NCBI GenBank assembly: GCA_040081625.1
Contig: JBEBGD010000025.1
Coordinates: forward strand, 1-58,827
DNA length: 58,827 bases
Source: Chthoniobacteraceae bacterium
Lineage (GTDB): Bacteria > Verrucomicrobiota > Verrucomicrobiia > Chthoniobacterales > Chthoniobacteraceae
Direction: 5' to 3'
Under the pieces are notes generated by a model. It was not told where the DNA came from and ran no database searches. It worked only from the letters and a program-made list of their open reading frames with translations. Below, piece after piece: positions 49,958 to 58,800 of this stretch. The number at the start of each line of letters is the position of its first letter. The first letter of the stretch is position 1. The translations under genes were made by a program, and so were the position numbers.

Positions 49958-52125
49958 CAGGCGGCAGCGGGGGTGGGAGCGGTCTCCGGCTGGACGGGCG
50001 GAAGTTGCGCGCGGAACGGGCGGCTAGGCAAGTCAATCTGCACGACCGTGCCGCGGCGAACCTGGCTGCTGATGGTGAGCTGGCCGCCGTGCAGCGCGAC
50101 GATGCGCCGGCTGATCGCCAGGCCGAGTCCGAACCCGCGCGCCTCGTCGCCGCGATCCTTGGTCGTGAAGTAGGGCCGCAGCACACGGTCGAGGTTTTCG
50201 GTCGGGATGCCTTCGCCTTGATCGATGACGCGCAGCCGGAACCAATCGCGCGCCGCCTCGGTTTTCGCGAGCCGGTCGAGCACCACGCGGATTTCCCCGC
50301 CCGGCGAGGACGCATCGACGGAGTTCGAGATCAGATTGTTGAGCAGGCGCTGGATGAGCACTTCGTCGATCTCGACGGAGACTTCCCCCGGGGTCTCCGC
50401 GACGATTCTCACGTCCTTGCGACGAGTGGCGCGCGCGGCATCGACGGCGTTTTCGACGATGAAGTCGAGGCGGCCGACTTGCAGGTCGGGCCGCAGGTTC
50501 TCGGAGAAGAAGAGCGCCTCCTTGATGTAAGCGCGGAAGCTGCGCACGTTGCGGGAGGCGACGCTGAGCAGATCCTCGTCGAGCGCGGCCTCGCTTTGAC
50601 CCTCGGTGGCGAGCTGGATGAGCGTGGAGATGGGCGTGAGCAGGTTATTCAGGTCGTGGGCCATGCCCCGGCTCATGCGGCCCAGAAGGTCGAATTCCTG
50701 CGCGCGCATGATCTCCTCCTTCAGCCGGATTTGATTCACGATGAGGCTGAGGTTCTTCGCGAGGTTGATGAGGAGCTGGAGGTCGGTTGAGGTATAGGGC
50801 TCCTCGGCCGTCTTTGCGCCGACGAAGAGCAATCCCACGAGTTCCTTCTCCGCGAGGAGCGGCAGGCAGAAGTCCGCGGAGAATCCCGCGAGCTGTTCGC
50901 GCGCGAGCCGCTCCGTGCGCGTGACCGTCCCGCGCTGGTATTCGGAGCTGAGCACGAGATACTCCGCCGCGCGCCACTCGAAGAACTCCATGACCGGCGA
51001 AGGGATTTTCAGCTCGGGGATGTGCTCGCGCGGCAGTTCGGGGTGCGCGCGCGAACGCGTGAAAGCGCGCGCCGCTTCATCGCGCAGGATCAGGTCGTAG
51101 CCACGCAGCCCAAAGGTGCGCGTCAGCAGCAAGTGCAGGTCTTCGAGCAGCGCATCGAGGTCGTTCTGCCACGGCAGCGCCTGGATGAAGGCGCGCACGC
51201 GGTCCTGATACTCGAAGCGGTCGCCGAGGATGCGGCGCTCGAGCGTTTCGACGCCCTTTCCAAACAGCCGCGGGAAGAGAAACGCCGCGATGATCGTGCT
51301 CGCGAGGAACACGATGACCGCCGCGCCGAATGCGGTCGGATTAAATGCGTCGGTGACTGCCGAGGCGACGAGCAGCAGGCCGAGCGTAATCGAAAAGAGG
51401 AAGAGCACCCGGACGATGTGCGCGGCGTAGCGGCCGATGTTCACCTGGATGTCCAGGAGCTGATGCTGGAGCACGCTGTAGGCGGTGATCACCCCGTAGA
51501 ATACCGCCGCGAGACTTCCCCACGGATACACCTGCACTTGCGTGAGCGGGTAGTGGTAGATGCCGATGACCGGCAGCAGATCGTTCGCACCGAAGACCGA
51601 CAGCATCGACTGCGCGACGATGATCGGTGTCAGACGGCGGCGCTGGAACAGCGGCAGTTCGCGGCGACGCTTGAGCAGCACAAAGATCGACCCGAACATC
51701 AGCGTGAACGGTGCGACGAAGACGTAGAACATCGGCCCCGCCACGGCATACCATCCAGAGGAACCGAGGAACTGCACGTCGCGGATGAAATACGAGGTGC
51801 AGTCGGTGGCCACGAGGAAGGCCTGAAAGACGTAGAGCCACGAAATCCATTTCACGCGAAACCCGGCGACGATCATCGCGAGGTGGAAGAACGCGACGAC
51901 GCCGATGATGCAGCCAACAAACACAAAGCGGGCCCAGAAAAGCGCCTCCTCCCGGGTGTGATGGATCAGCAAGTGGTAACAGCCCAGATTCCAGATCGCG
52001 ATGGAAACGGCCAGCAGCAGATAGACGCGATTGGCGGGCGCGCGGCGGTCGCGACTGAATACGAACAGGCCGAAGAGCATGTTCACCACGAAGCCGGAAA
52101 GCGGGATATACGGCGCGAGGTTCAT
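49957..52125 (-). CDS. Membrane sensor histidine kinase with N-terminal multi-TM (7TM-type) region and GAF
   Basis: About 9 hydrophobic segments; RFEYQ linker; GAK...EPY; H-box MAHDLNN; NSVDA, DQGEGI, PYFTT, GFGLGL; ATG 52125 overlaps the KS stop. Confidence 0.92.
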   Translation of the reverse strand: MNLAPYIPLSGFVVNMLFGLFVFSRDRRAPANRVYLLLAVSIAIWNLGCYHLLIHHTREEALFWARFVFVGCIIGVVAFFHLAMIVAGFRVKWISWLYVFQAFLVATDCTSYFIRDVQFLGSSGWYAVAGPMFYVFVAPFTLMFGSIFVLLKRRRELPLFQRRRLTPIIVAQSMLSVFGANDLLPVIGIYHYPLTQVQVYPWGSLAAVFYGVITAYSVLQHQLLDIQVNIGRYAAHIVRVLFLFSITLGLLLVASAVTDAFNPTAFGAAVIVFLASTIIAAFLFPRLFGKGVETLERRILGDRFEYQDRVRAFIQALPWQNDLDALLEDLHLLLTRTFGLRGYDLILRDEAARAFTRSRAHPELPREHIPELKIPSPVMEFFEWRAAEYLVLSSEYQRGTVTRTERLAREQLAGFSADFCLPLLAEKELVGLLFVGAKTAEEPYTSTDLQLLINLAKNLSLIVNQIRLKEEIMRAQEFDLLGRMSRGMAHDLNNLLTPISTLIQLATEGQSEAALDEDLLSVASRNVRSFRAYIKEALFFSENLRPDLQVGRLDFIVENAVDAARATRRKDVRIVAETPGEVSVEIDEVLIQRLLNNLISNSVDASSPGGEIRVVLDRLAKTEAARDWFRLRVIDQGEGIPTENLDRVLRPYFTTKDRGDEARGFGLGLAISRRIVALHGGQLTISSQVRRGTVVQIDLPSRPFRAQLPPVQPETAPTPAAA

Positions 52126-53393
52126 TCGCGGTGCCGGCCCAGGATCAGGCACGAGGTCTTGCCTCCAAAGCCGCTATTGAGGCTCAGCGCGACCTCGATC
52201 GGATATGGCCGCGCGTGGCCGGGCACGTAATCAAGGTCACACTCGAGGTGCGGCTGCCGATGATTGATCGTCGGCGGGATCGTCGATTGCGAGATCGCCA
52301 GCGCGCAGACGACGGCTTCGATCGCGCCGGCCGCAGCGAGCGGATGCCCGGTGACCGGCTTGGTCGAACTGACCGCAAGCCGTCGCGCGTGCGAACCGAA
52401 GACTTCCTTGATGGCGCGCGTTTCCGCGATGTCGTTCGACGAGTTCGCCGTTCCGTGGACGTTGATGTAGCTCACACGCGATGTGTCGATGCTCGCGCCT
52501 TGCATGGCCTTGGTCATCGCACGGGATACGCCCCAACCGTCGGGGTGCGGCGCCATCGGGTGGTAGGCTTCGCAGGCGCGTGCCTGACCGAGCAGTTCCG
52601 CATAGATGCGCGCGCCGCGGCTGAGCGCGTGTGTGAGCTCCTCGAGCACCAGATAGGCGCTGCCTTCGCCCATCACAAACCCATCGCCCGCCTGGTCAAA
52701 AGGTTTCATCGCCTCCTCAGGCGGGCCCGACCATCGCGTCATCGCGCGGCTTTGGGCAAATCCGAAATAGACCGTGTCCACGATCGGAGCCTCGGCACCG
52801 CCGGCGATCATCACGTCGATGTCATCGTGCTGGATCATGTAGCGGGCGTAGCCCATCACGTCATTGCCCGACGCACTCGACGAACTGCACGTCAGAGCGT
52901 GGCCGCGGCAGCCCACGGCATTGGCGATCTCCGCGCTGCCGCTGCCGACGTAGCCGCTGATCATCATCGAAGGACTGACCGCGCGCGAGCCGCGCGCATC
53001 GAGCGCGTCGCGAGCGCTGTAGGCCGCCTCCATGTTGCTGAGCGATGTCGCCTCGACCACGCCTGCTCGGTCCGCATCGATCTGGTCAAAGTCGAGCCGC
53101 GAGTCCGCAACGGCCAGCTTCGCGGCGACGATCCCATACTGCAGCGAACGCTCGAAGCGCCTCGCCGATTTTACGTCGAGGTATTCGGTCGGATTCCAGT
53201 CGCGGATCTCAGCTGCGAGACGCGATGGCGAGCCGCTCGCATCGAAACGCGTGATCGGCCCAACTGCGCTTCGACCATCGCGGACATTCTTCCAGAATGT
53301 CCCGAGATCGCACCCGCTCGGCGAGACGACACCCATGCCGGTGACGACCACGCGCCGCGCCGCACCATCCGCGAAGTTGTGGAGGACTCTCAT
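52122..53393 (-). CDS. FabF-like beta-ketoacyl synthase with active-site Cys replaced by Ser (probable decarboxylase-type KS)
   Basis: RRVVVTGMGVVSP, PFD..DGFVMGEG, YINVHGT, STKPVTGHP, NSGFGG; active-site loop reads TCSSSSASG. Confidence 0.85.
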   Translation of the reverse strand: MRVLHNFADGAARRVVVTGMGVVSPSGCDLGTFWKNVRDGRSAVGPITRFDASGSPSRLAAEIRDWNPTEYLDVKSARRFERSLQYGIVAAKLAVADSRLDFDQIDADRAGVVEATSLSNMEAAYSARDALDARGSRAVSPSMMISGYVGSGSAEIANAVGCRGHALTCSSSSASGNDVMGYARYMIQHDDIDVMIAGGAEAPIVDTVYFGFAQSRAMTRWSGPPEEAMKPFDQAGDGFVMGEGSAYLVLEELTHALSRGARIYAELLGQARACEAYHPMAPHPDGWGVSRAMTKAMQGASIDTSRVSYINVHGTANSSNDIAETRAIKEVFGSHARRLAVSSTKPVTGHPLAAAGAIEAVVCALAISQSTIPPTINHRQPHLECDLDYVPGHARPYPIEVALSLNSGFGGKTSCLILGRHRE

Positions 53394-53728
53394 CCCGGCG
53401 GCCAGTGCAGCGTTCGACCCCCGAGCAGGTGAATGTGCAGATGCGGCACGGACTCGCCCGCGTCGGGGCCGTTATTGATCACGAGGCGAAAGCCGCCCTG
53501 CGCCACTCCCGCTTTTTCCGCGATCTGCGGCACTGCGGCGAGCATCCGCCCGAGCAGTGCGGCGTCGTCCGCCGCGGCCTCGCCGATACGCGGGATGCAG
53601 CGCTTCGGGATGATGAGCAGATGCACCGGCGCCTGCGGACGCACGTCGCGAAAGGCGAGGAAGTCGTCGGCCTCGAAAACGATGTCCGCTGCGATTTCGC
53701 GGCTCGCGATTTTCTCGAAGATGCTCAC
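53390..53728 (-). CDS. hinT: Histidine triad (HIT/HinT) nucleotide-binding protein
   Basis: SIFEKI, AF.D..PQAPVH.LIIPK, HLHIHLLGG..L.WPPG; GTG 53728. Confidence 0.93.
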   Translation of the reverse strand: MSIFEKIASREIAADIVFEADDFLAFRDVRPQAPVHLLIIPKRCIPRIGEAAADDAALLGRMLAAVPQIAEKAGVAQGGFRLVINNGPDAGESVPHLHIHLLGGRTLHWPPG

Positions 53729-54285
53729 GTGAGCGAGAAGGTGACGTCCTGCTCGGCCACGGCGTGCTCGGTTTGGGTGCGGGCGAAGGCGACAATCTCG
53801 GATTGGAGCGCTTCGCAATCGCGGCTCCACGCCTTGCGCGCGCTGAGCAGCTTCACGCAGCGCCAGAGGCCGGTGAGTTGGAAATGCGGCGTGCGCGTGG
53901 CGAGGGCGTCGGCGAGCCGGCGCCCGAGTAGCTCGAAGAACGCGAGTTCGTAGCCCGTGCCCGCTTCGCGCACGAGATCGACCAGCGAGATCGCGACCAC
54001 GGGCCGGCCGACGATGAAGTGCCGCCCGACCTCGGCATAGCCGATGACTTGCAGCACCGTCTGCACGGCCTGCTCGAGCCGCGTGGCCTCGATCATCGGC
54101 GCGTCGTGGTCGGCGCGCAGGAACTCCGTCACGCTCGCGGTGACGTGCGGCGCGAGCCACCACTGCGGCAGCCCCGCACGGCGCGCTGCGCGCGTGAGCG
54201 AGCACATGAGCCACTCGGGCTCGAAGGGAATCGCCTCGCCCGTGTCGATGCGGATGAGCGGGAGATCGTTGGGGAATGCGATCAT
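53725..54285 (-). CDS. Hypothetical protein between nrdR and hinT
   Basis: 186-aa ORF overlapping both neighbours by 4 nt; host-like codon use. Confidence 0.75.
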   Translation of the reverse strand: MIAFPNDLPLIRIDTGEAIPFEPEWLMCSLTRAARRAGLPQWWLAPHVTASVTEFLRADHDAPMIEATRLEQAVQTVLQVIGYAEVGRHFIVGRPVVAISLVDLVREAGTGYELAFFELLGRRLADALATRTPHFQLTGLWRCVKLLSARKAWSRDCEALQSEIVAFARTQTEHAVAEQDVTFSLT

Positions 54286-54770
54286 CGAAACAGCTCCGGT
54301 TGAAGGTCCGTGCGCTTGAAATGGTGGCCGAGCTTTTGCAGTTCGTCGATGAACTGGTCGATGTCCTGGAACGTGCGATACACCGACGCGAATCGCACAT
54401 AGGCGACCTGGTCGAGCTCGTGAAGTTTCTGCATCACCTTCGCGCCGATGACGTGCGACGGAATCTCGCGCGGGAACTCCGACTCGAGCGCCTCGATGAT
54501 TTCATCCGCCGCGCGCTCGACCATCTCCCGCGTGATCGGCCTCTTCTCGCACGCCTTCATCATGCCGGCGGCGAGCTTCTCCTTGTGGAAAGGCTCGCTG
54601 CGTCCGTCGCGCTTGAGCACGCGAAGCTCGGAGCGCTCGATCTCTTCGTAGGTGGTGTAGCGGTGAGAGCACTGGAGACATTCCCGCCGGCGACGAATGG
54701 AACGGCCGTCTTTCGACAGCCGCGAATCGATCACCTTGTCATCCAAGCTTCCGCATTTGGAACAATGCAT
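54282..54770 (-). CDS. nrdR: Transcriptional repressor NrdR
   Basis: C..C, KVIDSR, IRRRREC..C..RYTTYE, ATP cone, DQVAYVRFASVY. Confidence 0.97.
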   Translation of the reverse strand: MHCSKCGSLDDKVIDSRLSKDGRSIRRRRECLQCSHRYTTYEEIERSELRVLKRDGRSEPFHKEKLAAGMMKACEKRPITREMVERAADEIIEALESEFPREIPSHVIGAKVMQKLHELDQVAYVRFASVYRTFQDIDQFIDELQKLGHHFKRTDLQPELFR

Positions 54771-54819
54771 CTTGTGGTTTGCGGGGAATTGCCAGACCGA
54801 TTAACACAACCGATTGGGG
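54762..54819 (-). promoter_or_regulatory. Candidate tandem NrdR boxes over the nrdR promoter and start codon
   Basis: CCCCAATCGGTTGTGT (54819-54804) and CCACAAGATGCATTGT (54777-54762), 42 bp apart; imperfect matches to acaCwAtATaTwGtgt. Confidence 0.4.
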
Positions 54820-54869
54820 TATCAAAGCAGAAAAGCGCGGCGAGTTTCGCCGCCGTCCCGGCACTTCCG

Positions 54870-55157
54870 CTACAAAATATGCGCCTCGTCGGTGAGCCCG
54901 CTGTCCGTGCGAATCGAATCCAACCGCCGCCGCTCGCCGCGCTCGGAGCCGGGTCCATTCACGGCCTCGGTCACGACATCGATGATCGCAGGCAGCGCGA
55001 GCAGCGCGGCGATGCCGAGCAGCGACGCCGCCGTCGTCTTCTGCGCCGACCGCCCGATCTTGCCCGCGAGCAACAGCCCCACCGCGCAACCGACCGCGGT
55101 CTGCGTGACGATGAGGAAGCTCTTCTGCAATGTTTCCGAGGACTGGTTGCGCGGCAT
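54870..55157 (-). CDS. Small membrane hypothetical protein
   Basis: Two TM segments and a charged tail. Confidence 0.65.
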   Translation of the reverse strand: MPRNQSSETLQKSFLIVTQTAVGCAVGLLLAGKIGRSAQKTTAASLLGIAALLALPAIIDVVTEAVNGPGSERGERRRLDSIRTDSGLTDEAHIL

Positions 55158-55255
55158 GGCGCGTATCTAGAATGAAGAACGCCGAAAGTGAAACGGAAAG
55201 CTGACTCGCGCTTGCCTCTTCACTTCGGCGCGAGCGTGCATTACTGCATCGGCCC

Positions 55256-56326
55256 ATGTCTTCCCCGCTCTACGTCCTCGTCCTTGCCGGTGGCAGCGGC
55301 GAACGCTTCTGGCCGCTGAGCCGGCGGACGCGACCGAAGCAACTGCTCAATCTTTTCTCCGAGCAAACGCTGCTCGAATCCACGCTCGCGCGGCTCGACG
55401 GACTCGTGCCGCCGGAGAATGTGCTCGTGCTCACCAATGCCGATCAGCTCGACGGCGTGCGCGCGGTCGCCCGCGGCGTGCCTGCGGAAAACATCGTCGC
55501 CGAGCCGGCCAAGCGCGACACCGCTGCGGCGATCGCCCTCGGTGTCGGCTGGGTCGCCGCGCGCCAGCCCGGCGCGACGATGATCGTGCTCCCCGCCGAT
55601 CATCTCATCCGCGACATCGCCGGATTCCAGCGCACGCTGCGCACCGCCGCGCACGCCGCCGCGCAAACGTCCGAGCTGGTTACGATCGGGATCAAACCGA
55701 CGTGGCCATGTCCCGGCTTCGGCTACATCGAAGTCGGCGCGCCTCACCCGCTGCGCGACGCGCCCGCCGGTCCCGCCGTGCATGACGTCGTGCGCTTCCG
55801 CGAAAAGCCGAGCACCGAACTCGCCGAGCAATTCCTCGCGCAGGGCACGTTCCGTTGGAACGCCGGCATGTTCGTCTGGAGCATCCAGGCGATCCTCAAT
55901 GCCTTCGAGCGATACGCGCCGCCGCTCGCGGAGTTCGTCGGCCGCGTGCGCACGGGCGATTTCGCCGCGCTGCTGCGCGACGCCTTCCCGAAGCTGCCGA
56001 AGATCTCCATCGATTACGCCGTCATGGAAAAGGCCGGCCGCGTGCTCGTGGTCGAGGCGGACTTCGACTGGGACGACATCGGGAGCTGGACTGCGGTCGC
56101 AAAATATCTGCCCGAGGTCGAAGCGCAAAACCGCTCGAACACCGAGGTCCGCCTGCACGACGCGACGCAAAACATCGTCTTCTCGAACGGCAAAAAACTC
56201 GTCGCGCTCATGGGCGTTCACGATTTGATCGTCGTCGAGACCGCCGACGCGCTGCTCGTCTGCAACCGGCACGACGCCGAACAGATCAAGCAACTCGTCG
56301 CACTCGCACCACCGGAGCTGCAGTGA
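55256..56326 (+). CDS. manC: Mannose-1-phosphate guanylyltransferase
   Basis: LAGGSGERFWPLSR..PKQ, EP..RDTA, PADH, GFGYI, F.EKP, WNAGMF, SIDYAVMEK, WDDIGSW. Confidence 0.95.
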   Translation: MSSPLYVLVLAGGSGERFWPLSRRTRPKQLLNLFSEQTLLESTLARLDGLVPPENVLVLTNADQLDGVRAVARGVPAENIVAEPAKRDTAAAIALGVGWVAARQPGATMIVLPADHLIRDIAGFQRTLRTAAHAAAQTSELVTIGIKPTWPCPGFGYIEVGAPHPLRDAPAGPAVHDVVRFREKPSTELAEQFLAQGTFRWNAGMFVWSIQAILNAFERYAPPLAEFVGRVRTGDFAALLRDAFPKLPKISIDYAVMEKAGRVLVVEADFDWDDIGSWTAVAKYLPEVEAQNRSNTEVRLHDATQNIVFSNGKKLVALMGVHDLIVVETADALLVCNRHDAEQIKQLVALAPPELQ

Positions 56327-56453
56327 TCGGTGATCGGTGATCAGTAATCGGTGCTCGTGTGCGCAGCTTGAACTGATTACTGATTACTGATTACTGATTA
56401 CTGATTACTGATTACTGATTACTGATTACTGATTACTGATTACTGATTACTGA
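56321..56453. repeat. Perfect heptamer microsatellite (CTGATTA)x11 plus an inverted degenerate (CRGTRAT)x5 arm
   Basis: 11 full units at 56373-56449 then CTGA; inverted arm CAGTGAT CGGTGAT CGGTGAT CAGTAAT CGGTGCT at 56321-56355. Confidence 0.95.
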
Positions 56454-56454
56454 A

Positions 56455-56874
56455 ATGACCCGCTCCCTCGGCCTCGACCACGGCGACGCCCGCATCGGCG
56501 TCGCGATCTCCGACGAACTCGGCATGCTCGCGCATCCGCACAGCACCATCCACGTCGCCGAGGGCGACCCGATCCCGAAGATCGTCGAGCTCGTCGCGAA
56601 GGAAAAAATCGCGATGATCGTGCTCGGCATGCCGCGCAATATGGATGGCACCTACGGCCCCGCCGCGGAAAAAGTCCGCGCCTTCGCCGAGAAGCTCCGC
56701 GCTGCGACGCCATGCCCGTTGAAGCTCTGGGACGAACGCATGACGACGAAAGCCGCGCAGCGCGGACTCCACGAGGCAGGGAAGAACACCAAGCAGAGTC
56801 GCGGAATGATCGATAAAGCCGCCGCCGTGCTCATCCTGCAAGGGTGGCTCGACGCGCAGGCCATGCTCGGGTGA
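56455..56874 (+). CDS. ruvX: YqgF/RuvX pre-16S rRNA nuclease / Holliday junction resolvase-like
   Basis: LGLDHGDARIGVAISD, G.P.NMDG, WDERMTT, ID..AA..ILQ.WLD. Confidence 0.95.
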   Translation: MTRSLGLDHGDARIGVAISDELGMLAHPHSTIHVAEGDPIPKIVELVAKEKIAMIVLGMPRNMDGTYGPAAEKVRAFAEKLRAATPCPLKLWDERMTTKAAQRGLHEAGKNTKQSRGMIDKAAAVLILQGWLDAQAMLG

Positions 56875-57617
56875 AGACCACGCGGCTCAAGCTGCTCATC
56901 GCTTACGATGGTCGCGGCTTTCGCGGCTGGCAGAGCCAGGCGACCAGCGATGCCGTGCAGGATCACATCGAGCGCGCGTTCGAGAAACTCTGCGGCGCGC
57001 GCGTCGTCGTCCACGGCTCCGGTCGCACCGACGCCGGGGTCCACGCGCTCGGCCAGGTCGCGCACGCCGACGTGCCGCGTGGGAAGTTCGACCTGCGCAC
57101 GTGGCTCTCCGCGTTGAACGCCAACCTCCCGCCGCAAGTCCGCGTGCTCCGCGTCAATCGCGCGCCCGCGGACTATCACGCGCGCTTTTCCGCGCGCGGA
57201 AAAATCTACGAATACCGCCTGTGGTCCGGCCCCGCGCTGCACCCGCTGGAGATCGGCCGCGCGTGGCATGTCCCGACTCCGCTCGACCTCGACCTGATGC
57301 GTGCCGGCGCAAAGCTGCTCGAGGGCACGCATGACTTCGCCGGCTTCGCGGCCAACCGCGGCAAAGTCGAGAAGGACACGGTGCGGACCATCCGCGCGAT
57401 CCGCATCATCCGCCGCGGCCCGCTCGTCACGCTGCGGTTTGAAGGCAACGGCTTCCTCTACCGCATGGTGCGCCTGCTCACCGGCTCGCTCGTGCGCGTC
57501 GCGCAAGGCAAGGCTTCGCCCGACTGGCTGCGTGGCTTGCTCGACGGAAAGGGCGCGACCAAGTCGAACTTCGCCGCGCCTCCCGACGGACTCTTCCTCG
57601 TCCGCGTGCTCTACTAA
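56871..57617 (+). CDS. truA: tRNA pseudouridine(38-40) synthase
   Basis: AYDG.GF.GWQ, GSGRTDAGVHALGQ, HARF, G.HDF..F, GFLYRMVR; GTG 56871. Confidence 0.96.
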   Translation: MKTTRLKLLIAYDGRGFRGWQSQATSDAVQDHIERAFEKLCGARVVVHGSGRTDAGVHALGQVAHADVPRGKFDLRTWLSALNANLPPQVRVLRVNRAPADYHARFSARGKIYEYRLWSGPALHPLEIGRAWHVPTPLDLDLMRAGAKLLEGTHDFAGFAANRGKVEKDTVRTIRAIRIIRRGPLVTLRFEGNGFLYRMVRLLTGSLVRVAQGKASPDWLRGLLDGKGATKSNFAAPPDGLFLVRVLY

Positions 57618-58144
57618 CGCGCCGCCGGCGCCACGCCGCCCGACGGCCGGATCACGATCGCGTATTGCTGATACTCCACCTTCGCGCTCACCAACTCCGC
57701 GAGATACCGCATCGCCTCAGTCAGTGGGATGTTCGTGAGGCTCAGCGTGATCTTCGCTCCCTGGTCCACGCCCGGCTGCACCACGAAATTCGCCGACTGC
57801 TTCCCGCCGCTCAGGTCGGTCACCTTCTTCTTCAGAAAATCGAGCGCCTCGGAAAACGTCGCCTCCTTGAACTGCACCTGCGGGATGATCACCGACGAGA
57901 GCTGCTTCTCGACCGCCGCCGCGCCACCGCCCTTGGACCTCGCGATCGCGACCTGCTTGAGGCCGCCGATCGCCACCGGGTTGCGCGAATCCATCTGATA
58001 GGCGAGCCGGTAGTTGCGCTCGGCCGTCTCGATGTCGCCGCGAAGCATCGCCGTCTGCGCCTCGGAGAGCACGCGCTGGAGATCGTTCGCGAGCAGCGTG
58101 GAACCGAGCGCGAGCACGAGGAGGAAAGTCGGGAGGAATTTCAT
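57614..58144 (-). CDS. Secreted protein with a TPR-like helix pair and an STN/secretin-N-like domain
   Basis: Signal peptide MKFLPTFLLVLALGSTLLA; L..VIIPQV.F.EAT.SEALDFL, ITL.L.NIPL.EA.RY.A. Confidence 0.7.
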   Translation of the reverse strand: MKFLPTFLLVLALGSTLLANDLQRVLSEAQTAMLRGDIETAERNYRLAYQMDSRNPVAIGGLKQVAIARSKGGGAAAVEKQLSSVIIPQVQFKEATFSEALDFLKKKVTDLSGGKQSANFVVQPGVDQGAKITLSLTNIPLTEAMRYLAELVSAKVEYQQYAIVIRPSGGVAPAAR

Positions 58145-58194
58145 GCGCTCAAGATGCTCCCACTTCCGCCCGCTGCCAAGCTGCGTCTTGGAGC

Positions 58195-58800
58195 CTACTC
58201 TTCCGCCGCGAGCCGCTCGATCTGGCGCGGGATGTCGGCGGAGAGCATCACCAGCAGCGTGCCGGAAATGATCGGCAGGATCATCAAGCAGCCTTGATCG
58301 AACATCACCGCGCACACCGCGCCGACGATCCAGTTTCCGACGAACCAAATCGTCAGCCCCGCCGCGAGCGCGCCCCGGCGCATCCGCAGCGACAGCCACG
58401 CGATGAACACCGGCAGCAGCAGGCACGTCAGCGCCGCGTGCGTCATCCCACCGAGCATGAAGGGAGCGTCGCGACCATTGGAGACCGCCTTCAGAAACTC
58501 CGGCAGTAGCAGCATCGCGCCGACGACGAGCGGCAGCAGCGGAGGCCAGTTCGTCGCGAGTGCGCCGCGCGTTTTCGCGGCCACGATCTGCATGGTGGAA
58601 ACCGGCAGCCCGCACAGGCTCGCCCGGATTCCCCACGTCACCAGGACCGCGCGAGCAGATCGTGAGCTGGCGAGCCGCGGGATCCGGCGCGCCGGGCTCG
58701 CCGATTGACCGGATGCGTGGCGTCGGGACGGATCGTGCGGGGGCGCTGGTTCGTTGACGTTGGACCAGAAGCCGGCCGCCGGTGTTTGTCCCGGGCCCAT
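58195..58800 (-). CDS. Membrane protein, possibly the 3' remnant of an ABC-2-type permease
   Basis: Four TMs in the last 130 aa after PVSTMQIVAAKTRG; the 5' part of the ORF looks non-coding; start uncertain. Confidence 0.45.
   Translation of the reverse strand: MGPGQTPAAGFWSNVNEPAPPHDPSRRHASGQSASPARRIPRLASSRSARAVLVTWGIRASLCGLPVSTMQIVAAKTRGALATNWPPLLPLVVGAMLLLPEFLKAVSNGRDAPFMLGGMTHAALTCLLLPVFIAWLSLRMRRGALAAGLTIWFVGNWIVGAVCAVMFDQGCLMILPIISGTLLVMLSADIPRQIERLAAEE

Noticed and set aside
52122..53393. Calling the KS the housekeeping fabF, or the missing synthase of the halogenase operon
   Set aside because: Catalytic Cys appears absent, no acpP/fabG is adjacent, and it lies about 20 kb from that operon with no sequence evidence linking them
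53390..54400. 336-aa ORF ending in the HIT domain (similarly extended ORFs 20483-21715, 27490-29328, 43734-44942, 46820-47920)
   Set aside because: Upstream parts overlap better-supported genes; real starts are internal
56321..56453. Repeat arrays as a possible CRISPR
   Set aside because: 7-8 bp units with no unique spacers and no cas genes
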